From Paragordius varius (lineage: Eukaryota; Animalia; Nematomorpha), in assembly GCA_964247055.1 (NCBI GenBank), contig OZ176058.1:3224001-3288000 (forward strand): a stretch of 64,000 nt of DNA, in the 5' to 3' direction. The notes below the pieces were generated by a model. It was not told where the DNA came from. It was given only the letters and a program-made list of their open reading frames with translations, and searched no databases. Shown piece after piece: positions 13,153 through 45,062 of this stretch (position 1 is the stretch's first letter; the number at the start of each line of letters is the position of its first letter). Made by a program: the position numbers and the translations under genes.

Positions 13153-14383
13153 TTGTAAATAAATCCATTATATGAGAAAAATAAAAAATATTGTTTTTTT
13201 TAGAAAACAATATTTGTCTTTATATTTTTACGTTTTGTCCGTATAATTTCAGTTTTTACTGTATAAAAAAGAGATATATATTGGTAACACAATCAATTAT
13301 ATATATTAAAATAGTTATAATTGTTATGGGAAAATGTTTTTATATTTTTACGTTTTATCCGTATAATTTAAATTTTTACTGTACATGCAGTTAATTGGAT
13401 AACGTTAGTTTTAGAAGCGTTTTAAATCGCATAAATCCCCAATATTAACCAAAGAATTCAAAATTTAGATTTGTTTTTTTGCTGTTCACCAGCATACAAC
13501 TTTCCAAAACCACCACATAACAAGATTGCCTAATATTTTTTACCCTAGATGACATGCTGTCAGGATTTTTTGCATATACCGGTGAAATATAAAATAAACT
13601 CTATTTTTTTTTATAAAAAGTAGGATATATACCATTTACAGTTCAAATCCTTCGAACAATTCATATTCAATCTAAAATAAAATATGTGTTTTTTTAGATT
13701 AAAAATTACCTATTTTTTTTAATTGTTAAAAAAATTTTTGTATATAATCAAAATAATGCTGAAAAAATTTCGTAATTTATTTTATGGGTGAATTTAAATT
13801 GTTCCAGGATGAATTCAAATTGTTGGGTGAATTGTAAATTTGTCTTATGAAAAACATTTAACACTTCAATTTTGGCGTAGTTTTAATCCCAGAGCTCAAT
13901 TTAATATACTACAGTTTTAAATGTTATTTTAGTTAAAATCTAATTATCAATTGCTCTCATTTAAAAAAACTTATATTTTTTACATTTTTATGACTTCTAG
14001 AGCTTAAAATTGGGAAAGCTCTAGAAACAATAGAACAAACAGTTGATATTACAAAATAAATCTAGTTTTTGCGGGTAAAATGTGGCCTGAAAGTTAATTA
14101 TATACATTTTCTAATCATAATATACACATATTTGCCTGTTCTTTAGCGATTTAAAAAAATGGCGGCAAAGATGCGCTTTATGAACTACAGTAAAAGGTAA
14201 TGTGTTAATAACAATTTAAACACATTTAATTTATTATGTTACCAATATTCACTCTGTTTTACTTTAAAATATTTATATTTTAAAAATTAAGATTTAAAGA
14301 ATATGGTCGTTTTTAGCAAAAATGTTTTTTTTGTTTTGTCCGTATAATTGTAATTTTTACAGACTTTTTAAATTAATTTTTAG

Positions 14384-14975
14384 ATGTGAATGCCTAAAGC
14401 TCAATTTTTTTCGCTCTTCTAAAATGAGTAATTTCTTAAATTACAGGCAAAATGCCGCGAATGCGCAATAGATAATTCTGCTTAATTTAGATATCAGCAA
14501 TAATTTTAAAATTCAAAAATATCTAATTTTTAGCAAAGTTTTGCTAAAGCGAACTTTCTACTATTTTAATGAATGATGGACACGGTAACATTTTAAGACA
14601 TCAAAAAATTTTTTTTTCATAAATTTTCATAAGGATGAACATTTCTATTTTATCGTTTCAATTCAAATGATCATTTGCTTTCAAATTTTGGCTAATTTTT
14701 TAAAAACCCAATTTATATTTAACATATTCAGACGAATATCAAATGATAACCAGTTCAGCTTCATAAATTTATATAAAAGATATAATGTCTGAAAGCGTTT
14801 TACATCGATTCCATGCCCCAAAAAGCAAAAAGTATGCATTTTTACATTTTTTGGCTAATATCAAAATTAAGCTTATAATATTTAAAAATTTTTTGCCCAA
14901 TCACTGCATTTTGTGTTTTTAAAACGAACCCATTTTAGAAGAGCGAAAAGATATAAGACTCGAAGCCTACATTCA
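14384..14975. mobile_element. Putative MITE with TGAATG..TTTTCGCTCTTCTAAAATG inverted ends
   Basis: TTTTCGCTCTTCTAAAATG at about 14407 mirrored by CATTTTAGAAGAGCGAAAA at about 14931. Confidence 0.5.
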
Positions 14976-15196
14976 ATAATTATTTTTTGATAAAATTGTT
15001 TGCATTGCATGTGTAGTTTAATTATATAATTTAAATATGTTATTTAAAATATCTTTCTTTGCTTTCACAAAAAATTTGTTCAACAAAATGTGCGTAATTT
15101 TGCAGTTTTTTGATTTGCAGATAACACAAAAGTGAAAAAACCTTCTTACCTCTAAGTAAAAACCAAGCATCATGATAATTCTAAATCTCCTACGAT

Positions 15197-15232
<36 letters not shown>

Positions 15233-15376
15233 TATATTATACATGTTTATCAGGCTATTATACCTAGCGATTTATATATATGGCAAAAATTTAATAGCTA
15301 AAATATAAAGAAGCCTACTTCATGCTATTTGAGGTGGGAAGAAAACGGTATAAAAACCCTTTTATTATATTGTAAA

Positions 15377-15383
<7 letters not shown>

Positions 15384-15432
<49 letters not shown>
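15384..15432. repeat. (TA)n microsatellite
   Basis: Longest TA tract; others at about 9858, 15197, 26153, 27783, 34146, 34413, 42175, 42647, 52249, 54063, 55103, 62510. Confidence 0.95.
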
Positions 15433-15435
<3 letters not shown>

Positions 15436-15939
15436 TGATAAAAACGATTATCTCGTAATTAAATTTTGATTCGGACCTAAAAATCCCAACACAACTACGA
15501 TATAAAGTTATCATCAAATTATGAAAAGAAATAGATATCTTAAAATTTTTTTTACAACCTTTCCCTCTATACTTTAAAATGATATGAAATACGCTTCAAC
15601 AAATATTTACTAAAAATTAAGAAAAAAGTTTGCATATTTACACTTGAATCACATTCATTTTAGTACTTCCAAATTGGGGTATGTAAATACCCCAAGCTTG
15701 TTAAAATTAAATTCTTTTAAAAATATGGAAGGACTCGAAACCATAGCAAAATTCACTTATATTACATTAATAAACCGAATAATGAATTTTATTCAAATAT
15801 AGTTGATATTATTTATTTTAAGATAAAACCGAAAGATAATAGTCAGCATGACATTCAATGGTAAAATTCAAAAAATAATACAAAATAACCCGCTTTTTCT
15901 ATTATCAATGTTAGATGTAATTTAAATAAAAAATTAGCC

Positions 15940-16498
15940 TTAACACTTCGATTCAAATTGGGGTATAATACCCTAGACTAAATTTAAGTTAGAATTTTAA
16001 AAAAACTACTGAGGAAACTGTCTCAAGTTAAATTTATACTTCTATCCCAATAAAAATTATATAAATATCCATATGAATAAAATTTTGTTTTGGAAAATTT
16101 TTTTTATGTCAAACCACTTCAACGCCATTTTTATTTTAGAAAATTTTTGCAAAATATCGCCTTCATTTAATTTTAAAGGTAATTTTTAAGCTAATATTTT
16201 ATTTAAATTACATCTAACATTGATAGAAATAGAAAAAGCGGTTTATTTTGTATTATTTTTCAATTTCACCATTGCACACATGTCAGGTTGACTAAATTTT
16301 TACTTTTGGTATAATATCAAGTATTTTTGAATTTATTGTATATTTTGGTTAATTAATGTCATTTAAATGCAAAATTTTGCCATGGTTTCGATTCCCTCCA
16401 CACTTTTCAAAGTATTTGATATAAAACAGGCCTGGGGTATCCAACTACCCCAATTTGAATCGAAGGACTGAAATGAGTGTGTTGTATCCAAGTGTTAA
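15940..16498. mobile_element. Family-D MITE (TTAA|CACTT...AAGTG|TTAA, about 560-590 bp; possibly piggyBac-like)
   Basis: TTAA at both ends; subterminal GGGGTA..TACCCC hairpins. Copies at 18009-20150 (Helitron-split), 20207-20799, about 58395-59028 (reverse) and a reverse half at 15640-15938; related subfamily at 13858-14208 and about 48940-49614. Confidence 0.7.
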
Positions 16499-16699
16499 TA
16501 TTTATATCTCGCAATCTCGGTATACTCGCGGTTAATTTACGAGACTTTTGGAGCCCCACATCTATAAATATTGTTTTGCTCTCTATATAGTTTCTGATAT
16601 GTTTAACTTATACCAAAAAAATGTTTAAAGCGTCGCCATTTTCTGATATAGAGCAATAGCTAAAAAGTGATAATAAATATCCCATATCGCTCTTAAAGC

Positions 16700-17770
16700 C
16701 AAAGAATATATATTTTTTATTAAGAGATATTTTATATGCACTGTAATAATTCTGACTTATTTTTCCTCTAGAATATATATTCTTCAACAGGATAATTTGT
16801 CGACACTGTGTATCCATTTCATTAGAGTGCCATTAATGCTGATGATATTAATATAATGTAGATAATGTAAAGTCGCTCAACATTTTCAAAATGAGTTATA
16901 CAAAATCAGCCTATAATTGATCTATTTTTTAATACCAATGCAATAGGAACGTTGAATTATAACGGACTGACATTGCCTTTAAATAATGAGAACATTAATT
17001 TTGTTATCTGCTTAGATATCATAATGTGTAGTCGAATGGTGTAAACCTGGTTTGAACATGGCCAACCTAATCTCTTTATAGACTCGGTGGCATATGGCAA
17101 TTAAAAATGTATGATCTTCAATTAAAACTCAAAACTCTTAAATGCCTTGATAAGCATGATATGCCATTTACAATTCAAATTTATCCTTAAACAATTCAAA
17201 TTCACCCTTAAACAATTTAAATTCACCCTCAAATAAAATATATGTTTTTTAAGATTAAAAATTACCATTATATTTATATATTTTTAAAATTAAAATTTTT
17301 TTATAAATTAAAATAATACTGAAAAAATAATAAACTATGACATATAGATATATTTCATATTAATTATGAGTTATATTAGTTCGCCAACACCTAATTTCTA
17401 GGGTGACGTTAAATTGTTCGAGAGTGAATTTAATTTGCTCAAGGGTGAATTTGAACTGTAAATGGTATATATAGATCAGGAGTGACCTAACACAATTCCA
17501 TGTCTGGTGAATTGTAAATTTTTCCGCGGGAAAAAAATGTTGGAAAGCCGCGTTGGACGCCTCTGATAAAAGTCATACAAAAAAGATTCAAGTTTTCACA
17601 CGCAAGTGTCTACGATGCCTTGCTAGTGAAGACACGAGTTAGATAATTCGCATATGCCTACTTCTTCCTGCATCAAATCATTAATCAATCACGCTAAATT
17701 AAAATCTTGTGGCTGGGCTGAACATTACACTACATCCAAAATCGGGCGAAACTTGATGAAATATATACAC
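16700..17770 (+). pseudogene. Heavily decayed RTE relic interrupted by a family-B MITE (17161-17469)
   Basis: QQDNLSTL (QGxxLSP-like), NADDI at about 16835, then KKIQVFTRKCLR and ILWLG*TLH after the MITE; spacing with the MITE removed fits an RTE RT. Confidence 0.45.
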
Positions 17771-18252
17771 AGTGATTGTCAGAAAAAATATAACGATTAA
17801 ATATATATTCTGATAGATAAATGTATCAAAATATTAGCTTTATGTTATTGATCCATCATATCAAAAAAATCGCGCAAATTGCGAATAATATGACAATTAA
17901 AATATTTTTTGAAAAAATTAGGTTCGAATTGTATCAAAAAACACTATATATAAGTTGATATTTTTAAAATAGTACTGAAAACGGTCACAATTTAAATATA
18001 TAATTTAATTAACACTTTGGGGAATATAAATACCCCAGACCGAATTAAAGTTAAAATTATAAAAAAATTATTGATGAAATGGTCCTAATTTAAATTTATC
18101 CTTATATTCAAATAAAATTTATATAAATAAGCCAAAATATCTTAAAATTTCGTTTTGAAAAAAAAAGTTCCATGTCAAAGTGCTTGCACTGCATTATTTT
18201 GCAAAAGCTAAATATCGTCTTCATTTAATTTTAAGGGTAAAAGTAAAGCTAA

Positions 18253-19837
18253 TCTATATATTTATAAAAATTGAAAAAAAGCTGGCTTTGTGATCTGGTA
18301 CAGGAAAACCGGTAGACCCAATCAAATCCAAATATCGAAAAAATATAATCATTAATGAATGCCCCGACAATAGCTTCGCCCTTTTTTTGAAATAGGCCCC
18401 CAGTTCGGGCCCACCCCGTATGAAAAACGGGTTTTTTTTGAAAACAGAAGTCCACAAAAATCGTGTCTTTGAGACAATTTTCCGGAGAACGTGTTGGACC
18501 ATTCAATTTTAAATATGATTTTTGTTTACTTATTTTCGATTGTGAACATAGCCGAGCCACTTTTTTGATTTAGGCCCTCTTTTTACCCGCTCCCCCCGTA
18601 AAATGCCACCTTTTTTAAAAAACAGTCCACAAAAATCGTGTCTTTGAGACAATTTTCCGGAGAACGTGTTGGACCATTCAATTTTAAATATGATTTTTGT
18701 TTACTTGCCACTTTTTTGATTTAGGCCCTCTTTTTACCCGCTCCCCCCGTAAAATGCCACCTTTTTCAAAACAAAGTCCACAAAAATAATTTTTTAAATC
18801 GATTTTTCGCCCTAGGTATGAGACCGTAAAAATTCAATAAAGATTCCACGTATTCCCTGTTAAAAGACAAAAATTTTAGTCTCCCGTTTATTTGATGATA
18901 GCTGCTGGGTAAGGAGCTACCCGCTAAAAACTGATTTTTCATATAACTTTGTGATATGTTTCCGGAAAACCGGTGAACCCAATCAAATCCAAACATCGAA
19001 AAATTTAATTATTAATGAAGGCCCCGACAATAGCTTCGCCCTTTTTTGGAATTAGGTCCCCAGTTTGGGCCCACCCCGTGTGAAAATGGGTTAAGTCAAT
19101 TATTTGGAGAACGTGTTGGACCATTCAATTTCAAATATGATTTTTGTTTACTTATTTTCGATTGCGCCGAACATAGTCGAGTCACTTTTTTGATTTAGGC
19201 CCTCTTTTTACCCGCTCCCCCCGTAAAATGCCACCTTTTTCAAAACAAAGTCCACAAAAATAATTTTTTAAATCGATTTTTCGCCCTAGGTATGAGACCG
19301 TAAAAATTCAATAAAGATTCCACGTATTCCCTGTTAAAAGACAAAAATTTTAGTCTACCGTTTATTTGATGATAGCTGCTGGGTAAGGAGCTACCCGCTA
19401 AAAACTGATTTTTCATATAACTTTGTGATATGTTTCCGGAAAACCGGTGAACCCAATCAAATCCAAACATCGAAAAATTTAATTATTAATGAAGGCCCCA
19501 ACAATAGCTTCGCCCTTTTTTGGAATTAGGTCCCCAGTTTGGGCCCACCCCGTGTGAAAATGGGTTAAGTCAATTATTTGGAGAACGTGTTGGACCATTC
19601 AATTTCAAATATGATTTTTGTTTACTTATTTTCGATTGCGCCGAACATAGTCGAGTCACTTTTTTGATTTAGGCCCTCTTTTTACCCGCTCCCCCCGTAA
19701 AATGCCACCTTTTTCAAAAAAAACAAAGTCCACAAAAATATTTTTTTGATTGTATTTTTTTGCCCACGGTATGAGACTGCCCCCCAGAAGTCCGAAGGAC
19801 TTCCTCGGGCTGCGTAGCAGCACGAGATTCACGCTAG
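18253..19837 (+). mobile_element. Non-autonomous Helitron, same family, with internal tandem duplications (period 474 bp)
   Basis: A|TCTATATATTTATAAAA ... gctgcgtagcagcacgagattcacgCTAG|T; identical spurious ORFs at 18766 and 19240; splits a family-D MITE without a TSD. Confidence 0.88.
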
Positions 19838-20206
19838 TTTTTATATAAATTACATATAACATTGTTAGAAATTGAAAAGCGGTTTATTTTGTATCAATTT
19901 TTATTTTACCATTTGACAGTCATGTTGACGAAATTTTTACCTTTCGGTTTCAGCTTAAAATATGTAATATCAAATATTTTTGAAAATTTTTTTATATATA
20001 TTTAGGTTCATTAATGTTATATAAGTGCAAAATTTTGCCATAGTTTCGATTCCTCCCATACATTTTGAAGTATTTGATTTTAAACAGGCGTGGGGCATCC
20101 AACTACCCCAATTTGAATCGAAGGACTAAAATGAGCGTGTTGTATCCGTTTAAAATAAAAAAATAACAAAAAATCTAATTAATAATTAGTTGCAAAAAGT
20201 CTCATA

Positions 20207-20799
20207 TTAACACTTCAATTCAAATTTAAGTATCTAAATATCTCAGACTTTTATCAAAGTTAGTATTTTTAAAATACTGAAGGACACGGTCTCAATTAAA
20301 ATTTATGTTTATATCCTAATAAAAATTATATAAATAAGTCAAAATAAAAAAATTTCGTTTTGAAAAAAAATATTCCATGTCAGACTACTTCGACGCCATT
20401 TTTATTTTACAAAATTTTTGCAAATATCGTCTTTATGTAATTTTAAAGGTAATATTAAAATTATTTTTAAATCACATCTCACAGATATAAATAGTAAAAG
20501 TTTTGATTTTGTATTATTTTTTAATTTTACCATTGCAGACATGTCACGTTAACTAAATTTTTACCTTTGGGTATTAGCTTATAATAAGTAAAATTAAGTA
20601 TTTTTGAATAAAACTTTTTATATATTTCGGTTTATTAATAGTTTTGTCATGATTTCGATTCCTTCCATATTTTTTACAGAATTTAATTTTAAACAGGCCT
20701 GAGGTATCCAACTACCCATTTTAAATGGAAGGACTAAAATGGATGAGTTATATCCATGTCTTAAAGGACTGAAATAAATGTGTTGTGTCCAAGTGTTAA
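20207..20799. mobile_element. Family-D MITE
   Basis: TTAACACTTCAATTCAAATTT ... GTGTCCAAGTGTTAA. Confidence 0.75.
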
Positions 20800-22120
20800 A
20801 ACATCATTCACACAAATAATAGACATCTAATACTGAAGATCAAAATATTTAAATTTTCAATTATTATTGTTATCAGTATATTTGCATATATCCCGATTTT
20901 GTTCGCAGTATAGTTCTATGTACAATGTAAAAAAATTACCACAAAAGTAAAACAAACTTTTATAAATACTTAAGAATACAAATCAAAAGAATTTTATAAT
21001 ATCTTCGATTTATCTATCAGCTATATAATATATATCTGTATATTTGTCGTTCCTGATTTCATGCGCAGAGTATATTATCAATAATGCTTTGATATAAAGC
21101 TTTTTTAAAAATTAAATATATTTTTAACAAAATAAACACCTATAAATATATATCTCCGTTTAAAATTAATATATTACTTTTATATTTTCGCTTGTTACTA
21201 TTTTTAGTAACACAAAAAATAATTTTAGGCATTAAGGCCAAATCAGGCGAACATATGAGATATTCAATATGATAAAACTCCTTCAGAAATATTTTTTTTG
21301 TGAAAACCAAATTTATACCGTCCTTATATAATTAGTTAGGAATTACAAATGTTGAATAACACATTTTTAGCAAGTTCCATATTTTGATATAATTTCTAGA
21401 ACATTTTTAAAGATTAATCGATTAAAAATAGTGGTTTTGGCATGTCCGTTTTGACGCTGCTTTTAGTTAACGACACATATTATATGTTTGAATTGCAGAA
21501 TATTTTATGGCCAAATACCGCTCCAAGTATATTATATATTAAATACTTATAACTTCTTGTATAATACGTTAAATAAAATTTAAAGGTTTGTTTTCTAATT
21601 ATAAGGTCCAAATTATGTGTGATATGGATGTGTTTGATATATAACAAAATTCACTTTAATTATATTTATAGATGTTTCCCAATCCTGAAATAGTTTCAAA
21701 CCCAATTTTAAAATATGAATCCTACGCATGACAATATTTTACTAGACCTATTAATTAATACCGAAAATTCTGAAAAAACATTTTGCTATTGAAAACTATT
21801 TAAACCAGACCCAATTCTACGAAATAGCTGCTATTTTACTTGCAAAAAAATGATGGATTTAACATTAATTGAACCACTACATAGATTTAAAGTGTTCCAA
21901 AATTTATTAGCAAGCACATCTTTACTCCTAAAACTGCATCTTAAAGAATCAAATGAAATTCAAAATAATTCGCCACCATATAATAAAAAGATCAATTTTT
22001 GAGATTATACTAAAAATTAAACGTCTAACGCTGCTACCTACATTAAACCAAAGTGAAAACTTTGCAGACATTACATAGTAAGGTTTTAAATTTTAAAATG
22101 CATTTTAATGATTGCCTATT

Positions 22121-22291
22121 TCACACTAAGGTTGGGCAATTTGCAACACAATAGTGTATGGAAAAAACAGCAAAGTATAGAAAAAAATAAACAAAGTATA
22201 GGTAAGAAAGAAAAAAATTGGTTATTTAACCATTTAAATTGTTTTTTTCATACACTACTGTGTTGCAAATTATTGCCCAGTTATAGTGTGA
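22121..22291. mobile_element. Small foldback MITE sharing a module with 7720-8197
   Basis: TCACACTA.GTTGGGCAATTTGCAACACAATAGTGTATG and its inverted mirror. Confidence 0.65.
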
Positions 22292-23441
22292 CATAACATA
22301 ACATGCAATAATTTTTGGGTTTAAAGGCAGCCATACTTTTTTTAACACTTAATATAATTCTTATTTTAGATCTTAAAGGTCTTAGAGTTATAATTTCTTA
22401 ATTAAACATTTTACGTTAAAATTTGAAAATAGATAAAGATGAATCGTAAAATCTTATACTTTTAAATAATATTCATTTTTTATAAACCCCATTTTTTCTA
22501 ATTAAACTCTTTTTAGAGCGTTTTAAACTAGTAAATAAAGTCGTAAATTGGTAAATACTTGACGAAAGCAATTATATATTTTACAGTAAAAATTGAAATT
22601 TTCATTACTAGAACAAATTTTTTAAAGATAACTATTCTTCATTATTTAACCATTAATATTTTCAAGATTAAACCTAATCAAATACTGTGTCCTACCTTTA
22701 TATCTATATTTCTAATTTTCCAACCCCTAAACAAGGAATATTACATTTTGAAAAAATCAAGGTTTAAAAAATAATTAAAATCCTCCTAAAAAATTTTTTT
22801 TCTTTAAACTTTAAAAGTTTTTCATTTTTGTTTTTTTGCGATAAAATATATAAGGTGAACAAAAATTTTCATAAAAGAATAACCATACTTTACTTTTAAA
22901 AAGACAAAACGTAAAAGTAAAAAGACAAATTTTTATTTAAAACACAACCCTATACTTATTTTTAACTCTTATACAATTAAAATTGAAATATATTATTGAT
23001 TGTGTTACACAATATACATCTCTATTCCATACTTTGTAATTTAAAACAATAAATTTTATATAAATAACGCAAGATTTAAAAAGTATGGGCTTGTCTTTAG
23101 GAAAAAAATTTTGTCTTTTTTTTTCGTTTCGTCCGTATAATTTCAATTTTACTGTAATTTCAGCCTTGAAATATATAAGTTACCTATTTAAATATCTATT
23201 TCATATTTCGCTATCAATGTTAAGTTTTAGTTAAATAATGAAGCCTTTTTGTTACAAAGTATGATTGTCTTTTAAAAGTTAAAGGTAAAAATTTGTATTA
23301 TGGGTAAAATTTTAATTTTTACGTATTGTCCTTAAATGTAAATATTTTAATACAAATATTTTGATTTCAATATCTTTTAAAACATAATTTATAGTTTTGG
23401 GTTGCTGAAAACAATAGAGAAACGCATATCAAAAGTCAAAT

Positions 23442-23716
23442 TACAGTATAAACTAAAATTATACGGACAAAACGTAAAAATATAAAGACAAAAATTTTAT
23501 TTTCTAAAGACCACTCACTGTACTTTATCAAACAGGAATTATTTTAATACATTGTTTTAAATTGCAAAAAAATAAAATAGAAATGTATATTGTTAACAAA
23601 ATTAATTATATGTATTTAATATTGTAACTGAATAATTTTAAATTAATAAAGATTTAAAAAGGTATGAGGTTGTCTTTTAAAAAAAATATTTGTTTTTATA
23701 TTTTTACATTTTGTCA
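23442..23716. mobile_element. Family-A MITE about 260 bp upstream of the G-alpha-s ATG
   Basis: TACAGTATAAACTAAAATTATACGGACAAAACG left arm; degenerate right arm. Confidence 0.75.
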
Positions 23717-23972
23717 TGTGTGAAGTATAGATATTAAGTTTTTAAACACTATAAGTTGTCTTTACAAAATAATATGGTTCGCATTAATTTATCACGTTTT
23801 ATTTATAATAAATTTCTAATTTACTATTTAGGTTTTTAAGAAAATTGATTATAACAAAAATAGAAACTATTTCCATATCATTTACTACAATTCTGTTTAT
23901 TTTTTAAATTTTAGCCAAAATTAAACGGTTCCTGAGTTAAGAAAACGCCATCTCTACATTATTCTTTCAGCG

Positions 23973-41253
<17,281 letters not shown>

Positions 41254-44200
41254 ATCAAAAAAAGTTGCTTTAAAAAGCTATTCTCAAATCCAAAAATTAC
41301 AAGATTTAAAAGAAAAAATGTCATCCCAAAACACTAAAAAGTTTGATGATCATGTAGAAATAACCAACCCAAAAAATGGCCATATTTTGATCCTAAGCCT
41401 TCTAAAAAATGTCAAATTACTCTTAATTATATACATCCAAGCTTTTGTCGTCTAAACTTTACACTACAGAGGAAAATTTGCAGAAAAAAAGCCAGTCAGC
41501 GAAAACCCACAATAACTTTGAACGAAAAAATCATGTAAGATATCCGACATTCTGTCGTTTTGTGTTTCTGGATGCCTATATAAATAACCTGAAGATGTGT
41601 AAATTTTAAAAATTGATATATTAATGGACCTTGTCAACACCTAAAACAGCTATTCATATACAATTTTCGGGGGGTTTTTTCGAATAATATGGTTCAAAGT
41701 GGACAAACATATTTAAGATGATTGATATCTATATGAATTCATTAAACCAATCTCAAATGTATTGATTGATTGATTATCGCAATTATTAATCAATTTTCTC
41801 TCTATTTCACACTAGAAGTTTTAAAAACTGTACGGGACGGCGTCTGGTTTAATTAACTTTTGTGATATATTTATGGCGCTCGCCTATATCAAAATTACAC
41901 ATTAATATACAAAAAATACCTAACTCTCCCCACCTATGTGTGAAAATGGCTAAAATTAGTTTTTATTTCATATATGTGTATAGCTAGATAGATAGATTGA
42001 TATGCCTACTTTTCAATTTTTAAGCGAACGAACCGAAAAAAATTTCAAATTTTTAATTTTTTTGACGTGCATTTACATGAAATTACGATTCAAAAATGAA
42101 CAATAACAGCTGTTATATCATTGTATATATATATATATTATATTCTAAGCAAAATATCGCTTTATTCTAAGTTTTATATATATATATATATATATTGACG
42201 TGTTGTTTAAGTGTATGAATGTTTTTTGGCTGATATATACAGTAAAAATTGTAGTTTACAACAGAGACAAATTATGTAAAATGTAAGAGACAGATATATT
42301 TTCAAAATGAATTTAAAAATTAATATTTTTTCTCCATATTTCAAATGAGGAATATAAAACGTCAATTGGTAATTTACCCCATAATAAATTTATAATTTTG
42401 TTGAAATTAAAAAAGATATGGTTGGTTTTGCCTTTAAAAAAATAAAATTTTTGTCTTTTAAGTTTTTACGTTTTGCCTGTATACTTTTCAATTTTTATTG
42501 TTGTATATAAATTTAATTCCAAAATTTATATATATAATTGCTTAATATGAAGAAAAATCTCTGATTTATTGATACATATACAGCCGCCATATGTTTTTAT
42601 TAATCACGCGAGCGCATATCATACATGAATTGTCTTTTAAGTTTTATATATATATATATATATATATTATATTTAATTTTATTTAGAAATATTCAATTAT
42701 GCATATTTAACATACACATTCATTTAAATTTGAAAAAAAACCCATCAAAAATATAAATAAATGTATAAATTATTATTATATACTAATTATATATAATAAA
42801 ATGTAGCAATCTGATTGATTTGTATGAATGAGGGAGATAGCCACATGATTTTGTTTATATTTTGCGTATTTCTAATCGGCATATCTAGTTAAAGACAAAG
42901 TTTTTTCTAGAAAACCACACTTTTTTAAACCTTAATTTTTCCCATATAAATTCAATTAAATGATTATTTATTAATATGATTCTCTATTTCATGCGTTGCA
43001 TTTTTAACATCAGTTGTGAAAAATCAAAAAATATATTACCTTGTGTTTTAAGAAAAAATATTTGTCTTTATAATTTCACGATTTTTCTTTTTAATTTCAA
43101 ATTTACTGTAGGAGTCTGAGATAGCGTTAAGGTCTCCGAATTATATTAGGGTACCATTCAGTGATAAAAGGCTCAGAAGAGATATATCAAAATATATGGT
43201 TATAGCCAGAAACCAGAAAATTTGCATATCAGCAATATATATTATTATCAAAAATATATTTCTATCAAATAATTCTTATAAGTTTTCAATTAAATTTTTT
43301 GAGAAATCCTTATTTTTTGGATTAAAAAAATATGGTTGTCTTTTAAATTTGTCTTTATGTTTTATTGGTCCATATAATTTTAATTTTTACTTTTTAAGCT
43401 TTTTATATGTAGTTTGTGATAAATTTTAGTCATACTATTTGGGATTAAGCATTTACATTTGATCCAAAATTTATATTTGGCGAAATGCGCCCAAATTTAT
43501 ATTTATTTTTATAGTATTGCTATAAATTGAAATAACTTTATTATGTCACTCGTAAGAAATAAAACCAAAAGCACCATGATAATCCTGATACGATTTCATT
43601 ATTTATATTTCAGCAGGATATTTTTTAATGGAAACCGTATTATGACTACTAGACACAACACCGGAATTATGCTCTGATATGGAAGCTGGACATTCAACAT
43701 TGATTGGTCATGGTAATAGGGAATTGCATTATTTATGAATCGTGTAGAACTGATTGATGCTACATTGTGTGCACAATAGGGGGATAAAATCATTAATATG
43801 ATCATCATGATCATCATAATGGTTTTTTGTTGTGAATATAGGAAAGTTAGAACTTTTGTGATACTGCTTTATATTATAAAATATTTTTGATGAAGCCATT
43901 TATTTTAATCTAAACGATCATACATTTTCCATTATGTTTACCAAAATGGCCTAGTTATTAATTGATTTGTGAAACTTCTTATTAATTAAAATATCTTGTA
44001 GAGTTAGATTTTCAGATTATATTCGAATTTTTTTATTATAAATATTAATACAATTAAATTAGTTACTACTGCATTTGGTTATATAAATAAACCTCCCACA
44101 CAAATAGTTAGTAGTTGCTAGTTCTAAAAGCACGAAACTACTCTTTAAACTCGATTTTACAGGATTTTATGTAAATCAAGTTTATATTGTAATTCTTATA

Positions 44201-45062
44201 TATTAATTGGCTACTTTTTGTTTATATTATTTGAGATTAAACAATTGTTAATCTAAACACATCTCTTACAGTTATAATGTATAATTATATGCCAACAGGA
44301 ACTAAAGGCTTCGACTGACCATCATTCACTGGTGTGTAGGAGAAAAGAAAGGGAGTAACTACGTAAGTTTGTAGCATTTCTTTCTTGACACTTTTTTATA
44401 ACTTTGAATTTATAACTTTTTTTATAATCAGCCATATGCCAACACATTTATAGGCTTGTCTTTTAAATTTAAAAACGATACTGTTAATGCGTTCAGAAGC
44501 ATTATTAGAATATTTAAAAAGCATTAAAATAGATCCAGAAGTACCACAAAAACAAGATAATTCAGAAAATACTATGAAATTTGAACCATTAACCAAGATT
44601 GATGATATTCCCACCATTATAAATATTGTTCAAAATCGCCCTCAAAAATATATAACGGTCAAAAATAATATTTACAAGTTTATTAATTAAACATAATTTT
44701 TAGTCAAGTTCATCAAGTTTTTGCAAAAATGTACAAAAATATTTAAAAGGAATCTCCTTGATAAAATTTTTCACTTATCTTATATATTTAATTTACAAAA
44801 AATGTTATATTAAAATTTTGTAATTTCATTAATAATAGTTACTGTAATATGTCTTTAAACGAATTCCTTAGACCAGTGGGTTTTTGAATCCCAATTGCAT
44901 AGTCGAAATTGTTAAATATAAAAATATCCCGATGATATAATCTGATTAAAATGTATCAGGATTATCATAATGCTTTTATTTTTCTTGCGAGTGATATAAG
45001 AAAGTTAGTACCAATTTTTTCATAACCTTACCCATATGAATAAATGCAATATTTTGCGCATA

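Larger units (their letters stand above)
12219..13263. mobile_element. Family-A MITE split by a Helitron
   Basis: Left arm 12219-12408 and right arm 13153-13263 rejoin into the consensus. Confidence 0.8.

Noticed and set aside
12390-19862. Repeated short minus-strand ORFs (MARLCS..., MFGFDWV...)
   Set aside because: Chance frames inside non-autonomous Helitron copies; no Rep or helicase motifs.
43599-43830. GC-richer patch resembling an exon or LINE endonuclease relic
   Set aside because: No frame stays open between plausible splice sites and the motif match is too weak.
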